A DNA stretch of 64,000 nucleotides from Nemertoderma westbladi (GCA_032718475.1 JAUCBJ010005018.1:1-64000), one strand, 5' to 3'; shown: positions 42,325-54,325, counted from the stretch's first letter. The notes: generated by a model from the letters alone, not told the origin. Program-made: numbers and translations.

Positions 42325-44320
42325 GGGACATCGGTTTCGCGATTATCCCCAGTCTATGCTATGGGACACTTGTTTCGCGATTATCCCCAGTCTATGCTAT
42401 GGGACATCGGTTTCGCGATTATCCCCAGTCTATGCTATGGTACACCTTTTTCGCGATTATCCCCAGTCTATGCTATGGGACACCGGTTTCGCGATTATCC
42501 CCAGTCTATGCTATGGTACACGTGTTTCGCGATTATCACCAGTCTATGCTATGGGACACTGGTTTCGCGATTATCCCTAGTCTATGCTATGGGACACCTG
42601 TATCGCTATTATCCCCAGTCTATGCTATGGGACACCGGTTTCGCGATTATCCCCAGTCTATGCTATGGTACACCTGTTTCGCGATTATCCCCAGTCTATG
42701 CTATGGGACACCGGTTTCGCGATTATCACCAGTCTTTGCAAAGGGACACTGATTTCGCGATTATTCCCAGTCTATGCTATGGGACACCGATTTCGCGATT
42801 ATCCCCAGTCTATGCTCTGGGACACTGGTTTCGCGATTATCCCTAGTCTATGCTATGGGACACCTGTTTCGCGATTATCCCCAGTCTATGCTATGGGACA
42901 CCGGTTTCGCGATTATCCCCAGTCTATGCTATGGTACACCTTTTTCGCGATTATCCCCAGGCTATGCTATGGGACACCGGTTTCGCGATTATCCCCAGTC
43001 TATGCTATGGGACAACGGTTTCGCGATTATCCCCAGTCTATGCTATGGTACACCTTTTTCGCGATTATCCCAGGCTATGCTATGGGACACCGGTTTCGCG
43101 ATTATCCGTCGTCTATGCTATGGGACACCTGTATCTCTATTATCCCCAGTCTATGCTATGGGACACCGGTTTCGCGATTATCCCCAGTCTATGCTATGGT
43201 ACACCTGTTTCGCGATTATCCCCAGTCTATGCTATGGGACACCGGTTTCGCGATTATCACCAGTCTTTGCAAAGGGACACTGATTTCGCGATTATTCCCA
43301 GTCTATGCTATGGGACACCGATTTCGCGATTATCCCCAGTCTATGCTCTGGGACACTGGTTTCGCGATTATCCCTAGTCTATGCTATGGGACACCTGTTT
43401 CGCGATTATCCCCAGTCTATGCTATGGGACACCGGTTTCGCGATTATCCCCAGTCTATGCTATGGTACACCTTTTTCGCGATTATCCCCAGGCTATGCTA
43501 TGGGACACCGGTTTCGCGATTATCCCCAGTCTATGCTATGGGACAACGGTTTCGCGATTATCCCCAGTCTATGCTATGGTACACCTTTTTCGCGATTATC
43601 CCCAGGCTATGCTATGGGACACCGGTTTCGCGATTATCCCCAGTCTATGCTATGGTACACCTTTTTCGCGATTATCCCCAGGCTATGCTATGGGACACCG
43701 GTTTTGCGATTATCCCCAGTCTATGCTATGGGACACCGGTTTCGCGATTATCCCCAGTCTATGTTATGGTACACCTTTTTCGCGATTATCCCCAGGCTAT
43801 GCTATGGGACACCGGTTTTGCGATTATCCCCAGTCTATGCTATGGGACACCGGTTTCGCGATTATCCCCAGTCTATGCTATGGGACAACGGTTTCGCGAT
43901 TATCCCCAGTCTATGCTATGGTACACCTTTTTCGCGATTATCCCCAGGCTATGTTATGGTACACCTTTTTCGCGATTATCCCCAGGCTATGCTATGGGAC
44001 ACCGGTTTTGCGATTATCCCCAGTCTATGCTATGGGACACCGGTTTTGCGATTATCCCCAGTCTATGCTATGGGACACCGGTTTCGCGATTATCCCCAGT
44101 CTATGCTATGGGACAACGGTTTCGCGATTATCCCCAGTCTATGTTATGGTACACCTTTTTCGCGATTATCCCCAGTCTATGCTATGGGACAACGGTTTCG
44201 CGATTATCCCCAGTCTATGCTATGGTACACCTTTTTCGCGATTATCCCCAGGCTATGCTATGGGACAACGGTTTCGCGATTATCCCCAGTCTATGCTACG
44301 GGACACTAGTTTCGCGATTA
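42325..44320. repeat. 38-bp minisatellite (GGGACACCGGTTTCGCGATTATCCCCAGTCTATGCTAT), about 52 units
   Basis: Directly visible. An internal 531-bp block duplication is marked by a rare CTTTGCAAAGGG variant at about 42734 and about 43265. Confidence 0.98.
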
Positions 44321-45544
44321 CCTTTGCTTTACCACCACCGGGCCACAGTTTTAATCGTCAGCCTCGTCCCTGATATCTAACAATTATCATCCTTAAGTTG
44401 TCTTTAATTTATTGTTAACTCCATCATAACCATCATTTTCGAGCTCTGTTAAAATCTGGTGTATAATTGAAAATGCGGGAGAAATCCATAACCATCCCTT
44501 CATTTTCATCATTTTTTTTCTTTTTTCCTTTTGTAATTGGGTATTTTAATTATTAATTATTATTATTTTAATTATTAATTTTTAATTAATTTTAGTAAGT
44601 TTTGCCAATTGGGGTTGAATAAGTTTTCGAAATTTGAGGTAGGCAACTAACAGTGCATGTTTCGCTTTGAAGAAGAGGGTTGGGGTTGAACCAAGGCTTC
44701 CTCTAATATTATTTATTATTAGTATCAAAGGGCGTCTTGGGTTGAACGGTAAACAGTTGTTTCATATCTCGTTTTGTATGTTCAAAATGTGTAGTTTTGG
44801 GGGTGGGCGAGTGGGTGGTATTTATAGATACTAAATGCTATAGAAGAGGTTTGAGTAGATGGAGGGTAAATTTTGAATCTTATGAAATAGAGAAACTGGA
44901 CAATTCGGATGGGCTGATAATGACGAGAACACCAGTCGTCATCCTTCGTCATCCGTCACTATGATACTATAAGCTGCAAGTTCGTGGAGGTTCAGAGATT
45001 TCTGAAAATTGAAATTAAATTGAAGTTAATTTTAATAATAAAAGTGTATGTATTACTTGAAAATAGATGTCCTTCAAGGGGACACATTAGCCTCCTTGCT
45101 CTTGTTTATTGTGGTGGAGCTGATGGGTGGAAATATCTCCATCATAATACAGCAGTAGCCGTTGGTCCGCTTCCGCAAAAAAACATCTATCCGATGAGAA
45201 TAAGAGTTGGTTTGTGTTTAGACTGTGAAATAGTGGATAAAAGTCATTTATTAGAATATACTTGGGAAACTTAAAAATCTCTATAATGTTCTATAATCTT
45301 TCGATGCTGTTATTTTTGTTACTAAAGCAACTGTACAGTAAAAATAATCTAGCATAAAATGGGCATCATCCACGTTACAGCAATGGCAAATACTGAAGAT
45401 GTGTTCTAGAAGGTTATTTTCTCTAAGTTATATAGTAGAGTTCCGTCATCTATATAGGACGTAAAAAGAAATTGGTACTTTACAGCATCACAAGCATTTC
45501 ACTGGATCGGTGACAAGTTGAAATAATATCACAGAAACAAAGTT

Positions 45545-46635
45545 TTGAATTTGGACACTTTTATTCGACATTTGAATATTTGTTCTGTACGGTACGCAAT
45601 TAATTAATTAAAATAAATACAATATATAAAATAATATTAAAATCTGAGTAGGCCCAATAAAATATACCCTTAAATAGTTATAGAGTTTTCAATATTTAAC
45701 GGTTGTTCCATTAGGATCGGGTCTACCTATATCTGAATGTTATAGAGCTACCTGGATTGACGAGGAAAGGTTAGGGATGCCTGGACATGAGCGATAATGA
45801 TCTTTGTTTGATGAATCAGAATGGCAGAGTCGGCAAATACAATGATCAGTTGGACGCCAACAGTTGTTTGAAACACAAAGGTGGTGATGGTATCCTTTGG
45901 ATACCAATTAGGCTGCCGAGCGACGACGGTAACTGGTCAGCTGATGCAAAGATATACCATCATCTGATAGACCATCTATGTTCGCGAGTATTGAAGAGCT
46001 TGATGCGTACTTACTCAGTCCGCACCAGAGCTTCCAGTACTATGCGCTGGTCTTCTGAACATGATCTAGTTTATAGACTTCACTCGGATCACAGAATGTT
46101 GTGCATCTATAACTGGCAGCAGGGAGGATAACAGACTTCCATAACTCCTTTGCCTTTGACTTTTATTGCCAACCTGATACAACGTGCAACCCCTTTTCTG
46201 TAAAGATGGTGGTAATGAATGCATGAGACGTTTTTTGTTGAGAATAGCCCAACCTTCAAGCGCTTGTCTTTGCCATATGCTGAGAGTTTGTCCAAGCTGG
46301 CCTGAACTGCATCGATCGATTCTCCTGCAATTCCAGGTCATCCGCGTACATTAGTAGGAGACATGGCTGCCACGTCTACCAGAGCTGGGAGGTCAGCCAC
46401 AAACAAGGCGAAAAGGGTTGGCGAGAGTCTGTCACCCTGAACCACGCCGACTGTCTGCTATGGGGTCCAGGATATAAGATCCAACACACAGACAGACAAC
46501 ATTTATTGTGATTAATGCCCATATTGCACAGATAAATTTCTTGCTAACACCTAACAAAGTTAGTTTTAGACTTAGAATGGACCTGTCAACAGAGTCAAAA
46601 GCTTTGGTTAAGTCTATAAATACGCAATAAAGGTG
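45545..46635 (-). mobile_element. 5'-truncated, degenerate non-LTR retrotransposon (RT and C-terminal Cys/His domain)
   Basis: The minus strand reads LYCVFIDLTKAFDSVDR (46635-46580), GVVQGDRLSPTLFALFVADL (about 46450-46390), LMYADDL (about 46354-46334), VQASLDKLSAYGKDKRLKV, then YWKLWCGLSK and CICRLCHSDSSNKDHYRSCP. AATAAA lies near 45560. Stops and deletions are present. Confidence 0.9.
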
Positions 46636-48085
46636 ATATGAAGGTGTATAATTTTAGAACACATGATAGGATAGCTATTCCTCGATAACAGTCTGGGGAT
46701 GATTTCGAACCGTTACCCTTATACAAAAGCGCCAAGTAGGAGTTTAGCCAAATAAGTGGGCATACAGCAGCAGAGAAGCAGAAATTGAATAAAATTAATA
46801 AATATGGTAATAGTTGAATTAGATCACTCTTTAAAGCCTAATTAGAGACTTGATCAGGACCAGTAGACTTCCCCGTCTTTTGGTGGTTGATCGAGTCAAT
46901 TACTTCATCTGCTGAGAAAGTTTGATCGAGAACCGGTGAAGGATGTTCAAACAAGAAACAAAGTTTTGTACCACTGGACAGAGAGCGTACTCTGTCTCAC
47001 AAAGTATAAACAGTGAGCCAATGAATTAAACAGCGATTGATTAACCAGAATTACATATTCCGAGTAGCAAACTTTTGGGGAGTCCGTTCCATTCCCGCAG
47101 CTATGCATACAATCCGCATCATAAGCTGCTGAGTAATGCAAATAAGTATATGACAAGATTGAACTCTTTAGTCCGTGCCCAGACTAATCTTGAATGTGAT
47201 CTTGAACCATTGATAGCATTCTAAGGATTAAATAACTAAATACTGTACAGTAGTAGGTTATATTCACGATTTGTATGCCCCACACATCCACGGCAAGGTA
47301 ATCCATTGTTTGATTATCTTCACAGGTACATAATCTGATTCCTATCGGTTTTCCTTTGGAATAGAATATATTAGAATAAATCGATGGAAGATAAGAAAAC
47401 TTACAAAAACTACTTACAATTATCGAATAAGAATATTTTGTTCACAAAGGTGAATAACACTAGCACGATTCAACACATATAACTTTACTCTCGTTTATCC
47501 CAGAGCGGTGGCCCGGTAATTCGTGAACATTGCATTGGCGATCCCTGTCAGCCATGGTCTATCCCGGTCAGATTGACTGGACTTATAGCACAAGGAAATG
47601 AGGTCTAAAACACTCAACCTAAAAGCAAAAATCGGACACTGTAATTGTACATCATTTTAATTAAGGAATTATAAATCCACTCAAAATTAAAATATTACAA
47701 TAGGTACATATGATGTTTTTTTATTATTCTGAAAGCCCAGTTATTGCCAAGTACTTCAGAACAGATCGAATTGTGAGACTGGCCTAAAATCTATGATATA
47801 CAATATTATTGTCGAGGGTCAAGGTGGAGTTTCACTTTCTTTAGTGGTGATACCACCACAGTACATACAGTCTAATAAATTCGCAAGTCTCCAGATAAAG
47901 GTGAAATTTATACAAACCAATGGTTAGAGGCTTTTGCTCCGCGCATAACGCAGTTCAACGATGAGCGGACAATAAGCCCACTCACATAATGTTGAAATAT
48001 TTATACAGTACGGTTTTTATATAAATATAATTTGTCATTGTACTTTCAAAGTTAGGTCTTTTAAACTTCATTTTGTTATTTACAG

Positions 48086-48895
48086 ATGTCGAAACTCCTG
48101 GCTGTCATCGCTATTGTGAGTAGTTTCCTGTTGTCGCCGGTCATTTGGTACAATATTTTTCCAGACCTGGCTAACGAGTTCGTTCTGGGGGACTTTATTC
48201 TGATATTGGTGCTCATGTTCATGATAGCCACGGTGTACTCACTCATCGGATGTCACATACACCGGAACGCCAAGTCCCGGACTCAAATGCTCGGCGGAAA
48301 ACAACAGCATTCCACCCCGAAACGAAAGGAGGAAAAGACAAGAAATTATGACACTCCCAGAGAAAATAGGGAAGAATTACTACCTGATTCGGAAGAAAAA
48401 GAAATTCATTCGGAATCTCCTAAACCTAAAAACGGACTTCTTAGAAAGGCAACGTTGAGAACAGTAAACAGTAGTTTTAGTTCCACCAATAAAACTACAA
48501 AATCGCACCACACTAAGTCAGATTTAAAGGCGATGGTATCTGTGGCTGTTGTTACCTCTGTTTATATTATAATAATCCTACCCAACGGAATAATCATGAT
48601 CGCGGACAAGTTGTACGCGGTTGAGGGAGGTTTGTGTCTTGGTAACGGGGTTCCCGTCTTTATCACCTGCGCGATATTTATCGAGATTCGAACCTTAGCC
48701 CCTCTTGTCAACCCGGTTATCCTCTTGGCAACGTCGGCCAAGTTTCGCCAGGACTCGTGGCGTCTGTGGGACCGATTTAAAGACTTGGTCTGGTGCAGAC
48801 CGGCCTATCAATACAGACCGGCGAGGTCGCGACCTCGATTGGGACAGACTCTTGTCGTTCCGACCCATTCGGCGATAGCACAAACCTCATTGTAA
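48086..48895 (+). CDS. Class A GPCR, coding exon 2: TM4-TM7, long ICL3, helix 8 and C-tail (269 codons)
   Basis: TM4 LLAVIAIVSSFLLSPVIW; TM5 ...MFMIATVYSLIGCHI; charged ICL3 of about 90 aa; TM6 DLKAMVSVAVVTSVYIIIILPNGII; TM7 and helix 8 LVNPVILLATSAKFRQ. A pyrimidine tract and CAG immediately precede it. Confidence 0.9.
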   Translation: MSKLLAVIAIVSSFLLSPVIWYNIFPDLANEFVLGDFILILVLMFMIATVYSLIGCHIHRNAKSRTQMLGGKQQHSTPKRKEEKTRNYDTPRENREELLPDSEEKEIHSESPKPKNGLLRKATLRTVNSSFSSTNKTTKSHHTKSDLKAMVSVAVVTSVYIIIILPNGIIMIADKLYAVEGGLCLGNGVPVFITCAIFIEIRTLAPLVNPVILLATSAKFRQDSWRLWDRFKDLVWCRPAYQYRPARSRPRLGQTLVVPTHSAIAQTSL

Positions 48896-49314
48896 TTTAA
48901 ACTTAACAGATCCAATGGTAGAAAAATAGTGCATGAAGTCACAGAGAAATGCACCTAAACTAAATAATATCGAGATCAAGGCAAATATAATATTATAATA
49001 TATTGTTAAATATGCTCACAAACCTCATTGTTTTACACTTTTTACTATTTTATTAGAAATATTAAACTCACTTTATTCCACTTCAGTAGTTTTAACATTG
49101 TAATTTAGTAAAACGTATTTGTACTTATTAGATAGACAGGGAGTGCATATGGTGATGATATAAACTATATGAATTGGATGTGAATTTAGGAACGCTGTAT
49201 ATTGTGTACACACACATACAGTCCCGGAAGTCTCTAAGAAATATTATCAGACAAAGTGTTTCAATTTCTATTCTATTTTCTATACTAATCAATTTTATTG
49301 TGCGTTTGATTACA

Positions 49315-49320
49315 AATAAA
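49315..49320 (+). promoter_or_regulatory. Candidate polyadenylation signal of the GPCR
   Basis: First AATAAA I see downstream of the stop (about 420 bp); an ATTAAA occurs at 49061. These hexamers are common in AT-rich DNA. Confidence 0.3.
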
Positions 49321-49517
49321 CATTGTCAGTAGATATTTAGATGTACTAAATAATTACTATAAAAGCCAGCAAGCTGACTGTAAACTAAACTGCCTAATAT
49401 TTAAATCGAAATATAAGATTAAACAAAAAGACTTAATCCGGGATAGAACCCATAGTACTTTAAAATCTTAATCGTTGAGGAGTAACGCAAAAGCAAGCAA
49501 ATAGGGTCCCTTATTAA

Positions 49518-51077
49518 CCCTCTTAGAGCCGGGGGGTCGAATCGATCCCCATTGGTGTTTGCGCTGGTGCTGTGAAAAAATGGGAAGACTTGAGCTGCTG
49601 AATTTTTGTGATAATTTCCCCATATAGTTGCTCTACCGAGCGGACATAAACTTATAAAAAGATATACGCTCATGTCTGTCTGGCTGTCTGTCAAATGTGT
49701 CTGTCAATTTTCAAACTATGAAAAATATGGTACTTAAGTATAATGTATCTATTACTTTGCAGTGTAAGCACCCTCAATTGCTTACTTGAGATATCTTATA
49801 ACGTATATATCTCTGAAATTTATAGGACGTTTATGTCTGTCAGTCTGCTTGTCTGCCTGTATGTCTGTCTGTATGTCCGTCTGTCCGTTTGTCCGCAGTC
49901 TGTCTGTTTCTCTGGTATGCTACAATTACCAATGAAATATAAAATTCATATCAGTAAAGCAAGACAATCCAAGTTCAGTATCATGATAAATGTACCCTGT
50001 CTGTCGGTCTGACTTACTGACTGTCTGTCATTTTCTCTGCCCATTTTATATTGTATGATACAATTATCAATGAAATATAAAATTCTTACAAGTAAATCAC
50101 GACTATTCAAGGATAAATTGTATAAATTGCATAACGTTGCATATGACGCACAAATAAGAAATGATGTGTTATACAACTATGGTAACATATCATTGCCAAT
50201 ACCCAGTATCATCCTGCAGAGACACCGCCTGACAATGCTTGCTGGGCACAGTTTCCACCGGCAGGATCAACCTGTGCACAACCTTGTGCTGTGGTATCCG
50301 ACTGGTGAGAATAGAAGTGGTGGACGGCAAATTAATTTCTATCTGTCTGTCTGTGTGTCTGTCTGTCTGTCAGTCTGTCTGTTTGTCGGTCTGCCTTTCC
50401 ATTTTAGTCAAGTACATTTATCTACTAAATTGCAGTATAAGAACACACAATTGTTTCAAACAGACATTTGATGACGTCTGTGGTATCTGTAATTTATTGT
50501 ATGTCTGTCTCTTTGTCAGTATGTCTGTTTGTCGGTCTGTCTGTTCATTATATAAGGTAAATACTACACTCATCAACAAATATAAAATTCATATAAATAA
50601 ATCAATAATATCTAATTATTGAAATTATATTGTGTTTGTTTCCAAAATTATATAGAACTTTACAAGCATTACTGTAATTCTAATTGACAGACAAGCAGAC
50701 AGACAGTCGGAAAGACAGACAAAGTTGTACAGACCTACAGACTGGCAGACCAGAGCGTCATACGTTGGTAAAGAAACCATTATCTACCTAGTGTGAGTAC
50801 GTTGTTGAATGAAACTAAGCCATGATAAAATATTTTTGTATTGTATGTACATCCAAAAGAACAGACAACAGACAGACAGCCAGAACTCACGAACCGACAG
50901 TAACTAAGTTTTACCACTTCACCAACTTGTAGAGGAGATTTCATAGTATATATGTACCAAATTTCAAGAAGGCAGACCAAAACGGGGCCGAGATATAAAG
51001 GGGGGGGGGGGGGGTCGCATCGACCCCCCCCCCCCCCGGTCCTTAGCGGGGGTAAAAAACGCCCGGCCCTAAAAGGG
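49518..51077. mobile_element. Non-autonomous piggyBac-like DNA transposon (1,560 bp)
   Basis: TTAA flanks both sides (49514-49517, 51078-51081). The terminal inverted repeats CCCTCTTAGAGCCGGG and CCCTTTTAGGGCCGGG match at 14/16. Subterminal GGGGTCG-NAT-CGA(T)CCCC palindromes occur at both ends. The interior has degenerate (TGTC)n/(GACA)n tracts and no transposase. Confidence 0.85.
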
Positions 51078-52070
51078 TTAAGGGTCCCTCTTTCCCATAA
51101 CAACTAGCTAGCTATCTCTATAAAGATAAGTTTTTGTTTCGTTATTATTTAATATTATCGAGGCAAAGTGCAAACTCAAAGTAATAAATAATTTACTATT
51201 ATTATTTATTAAACTTCGGTGGATATATATTATTCAAAGCAAAACATCGATACATAGACTTTACCTTTATGGATACCAAATTTTCTTTCAGTATCGTTCA
51301 ATCTATTTCAACTACTGTAAGTGTACGTTGTTACGACTAAAACGTTCTAGATTGGATCCCGAACCCTTACCCTTAAATCCACCTATTTCAAACTAAAATA
51401 ATGTTTCAATTTTCCAATAAAATTAGGTACTAATGTTGATTAACGCACTTGTTATTAAACATAAATTTGTTGGACTACCTATTAACTAAGTTATTTACCG
51501 TAGTTTTTTTTGTGCATTTGTGAAATTATTATATTAAGCCGGCACTTGCAATGGAACCAAAACCTTATTACATAATAATATGAGAAATCACTGTAGGATA
51601 GAAAGTGTTAATAATTTATACAAATACCGACTAACTGACTCATAATAGAAACTGTAGGCTATAATCCCACAAACAAAACCAGAACCATAAAACAGGAGAT
51701 TGCTCAGCACAAAACTCAGAAGGGAAGGATGGGAAGGCCAACCGCGATGTGTATATGGCATGTGGGCGATTGAAACATGTTGTTAATTGTACACAATGTG
51801 ATTTGTGTTGAATATTAATAAGAAAAATTTAGTATAATTATACATATTTTTTAAAGATTAAGCTAGGGTTCGCATATGCTATGCTACGCGGGCTAAAAAG
51901 TATTTTTTCTTAAAATTCACCACACTTTTCACAATCAATAATTTACTCCTAATTAATCCAGCGATACAATTGACACATGTATACAGTAATCAATAAAATC
52001 AATGGTAAAAATATTCGTATGTGTGAATTTGCAATTAGATGCTAAATATGGAAATATATTCAATGAAATG

Positions 52071-54325
52071 CCCTCATACTCCTAACCATCTGGGTAACAA
52101 CGGTTGTTTGGGTCCCCCTCATACTCCTAACGATCTGGGCAACTGGGTCCCCCTCATACTCCTAACCAATCTGGGCAACAACGGTTGTTTGGGTCCCCCT
52201 CATACTCCTAACCAATCTAGGCAACAACGGTTGTTTGGGTCCCCCCTCATACTCCTAACCAATCTGGGCAACAACGGTTGTTTGAGTACCCCTCATACTC
52301 CTAACCAATCTGGGCAACAACGGTTGTTTGAGTACCCCCCATACTCCTAACCAATCTGGGCAACAACGGAGTCCCCCTCATACTCCTAACCAATCTGGGC
52401 AACAACGGTTGTTTGAGTACCCCCCATACTCCTAACCAATCTGGGCAACAACGGTTGTTTGAGTACCCCTCATACTCCTAACCAATCTGGGCAACAACGG
52501 TTGTTTGAGTACCCCTCATACTCCTAACCAATCTGGGCAAGAACGGTTGTTTGAGTCCCCCTCATACTCCTAACCATCTGGGCAACAACGGTTGTTTGGG
52601 TCCCCCTCATACTCCTAACCATCGGGGCAACAACGGTTGTTTGGATCCCTCTCATACTCCTAACCATCTGGGCAACAACGGTTGTTTGGGTCCCCCTCAT
52701 ACTCCTAACCATCTGGGCAACAACGGTTGTTTGGGTCCCCCTCATACTCCTAACCAATCGGGGCAACAACGGTTGTTTGGATCCCCCTCATACTCATAAC
52801 CATATGGGCAACAACGGTTGTTTGGGTCCCCCTCATACTCCTAACCATCTGGGCAACAACGGTTGTTTGGGCCCCCCTCATACTCCTAACCAATCTGAGC
52901 AACAACGGTTGTTTGGGTCCCCCTCATACTCCTAACCATATGGGCAACAACGGTTGTTTGGGTCCCCCTCATACTCCTAACCATCTGGGCAACAACGGTT
53001 GTTTGGTTTCCCCTCATACTCCTAACCAATCTGGGCAACAACGGTTGTTTGGGTCGCCCTCATACTCCTAACCAATCTGGGCAATAACGGTTGTTTGGGT
53101 CCCCCTCATACTCATAACCATATAGGCAACAACGGTTGTTTGGTTTCCCCTCATACTCCTAACCAATCTGGGCAACAACGGTTGTTTGGTTTCCCCTCAT
53201 ACTCCTAACCATCTGGGCAACAACGGTTGTTTGGGCCCCCCTCATACTCATAACCATCTGGGCAACAACGGTTGTTTGGGTCCCCCTCATACTCCTAACC
53301 ATCTGGGCAACAACGGTTGTTTGGGCCCCCCTCATACTCATAACCATATAGGCAACAACGGTTGTTTGGGACCCCTCATACTCCTAACCATATGGGCAAC
53401 AACGGTTGTTTGGGTCCTCCTCATACTCCTAACCAATCTGGGCAACAACGGTTGTCTGGGTCCCCTTCATACTCATAACCATATAGGCAACAACGGTTGT
53501 TTGGGTCCCCCTCATACTCCTAACCATCTGGGCAACAACGGTTGTTTGGGCCCCCCTCATACTCATAACCATATAGGCAACAACGGTTGTTTGGGACCCC
53601 TCATACTCCTAACCATATGGGCAACAACGGTTGTTTGGGTCCTCCTCATACTCCTAACCAATCTGGGCAACAACGGTTGTCTGGGTCCCCTTCATACTCC
53701 TAACCATATAGGCAACAACGGTTGTTTGGGTCCCCCTCATACTCCTAACCATCTGGGCAACAATAACGGTTGTTTGGGTCCCCCTCATACTCCTAACCAT
53801 CTGGGTAACAAGGGTTGTTTGGGTCCCCCCCACACTCCTAACCAATCTGGGCAACAACGGTTGTTTTGGCCCCCCTCATACTCCTAACCATATGGGCAAC
53901 AACGGTTGTTTGGGTCCCCCTCATACTCCTAACCATCTGGGCAACAACGGTTGTTTGGATCCCCCTCATACTCCTAACCATATGGGCAACAACGGTTGTT
54001 TGGGTCCCCCTGATACTCCTAACCATCTGGGCAACAACGGTTGTTTGGGCCCCCCTCATACTCCTAACCATCTGGGCAACAACGGTTGTTTGGGTCCCCC
54101 ACATACTCCTAACCATCTGGGCAACAACGGTTGTTTGGGTCCCCCTCATACTCCTAACCATCTGGGCAACAACGGTTGTTTGGATCCCCCTCACACTCCT
54201 AACCATCTGGGCAACAACGGTTGTTTGGGTCCCCCTCATACTCCTAACCATCTGGGCAACAACGGTTGTTTGGGTCCCCCTCATACTCCTAACCATCTGG
54301 GCAACAACGGTTGTTTGGGTCCCCC
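52071..54325. repeat. 45/46-bp minisatellite (CCCTCATACTCCTAACC(A)ATCTGGGCAACAACGGTTGTTTGGGTCC), about 50 units
   Basis: Directly visible; each unit contains the near-palindrome AACAAC-G-GTTGTT. Confidence 0.98.

Larger units (their letters stand above)
8019..48085 (+). other. 40,067-bp GT-AG intron of the GPCR gene
   Basis: Donor GTTAGT at 8019; acceptor CTTCATTTTGTTATTTACAG ending at 48085. Both are phase 0, and the join gives ...RPLRENMKMT|MSKLLAVIAIVSS..., a normal ICL2-TM4 spacing. Confidence 0.8.

Noticed and set aside
42297-44380. 598-aa and overlapping repeat ORFs
   Set aside because: All three plus frames give the same cyclic peptide because the 38-bp unit lacks stops; there is no sign of codon-level constraint.
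49743-50622. Cys/Ser/Val/Leu-rich ORFs within the piggyBac-like element
   Set aside because: Translations of (TGTC)n tracts; no DDD transposase motifs.
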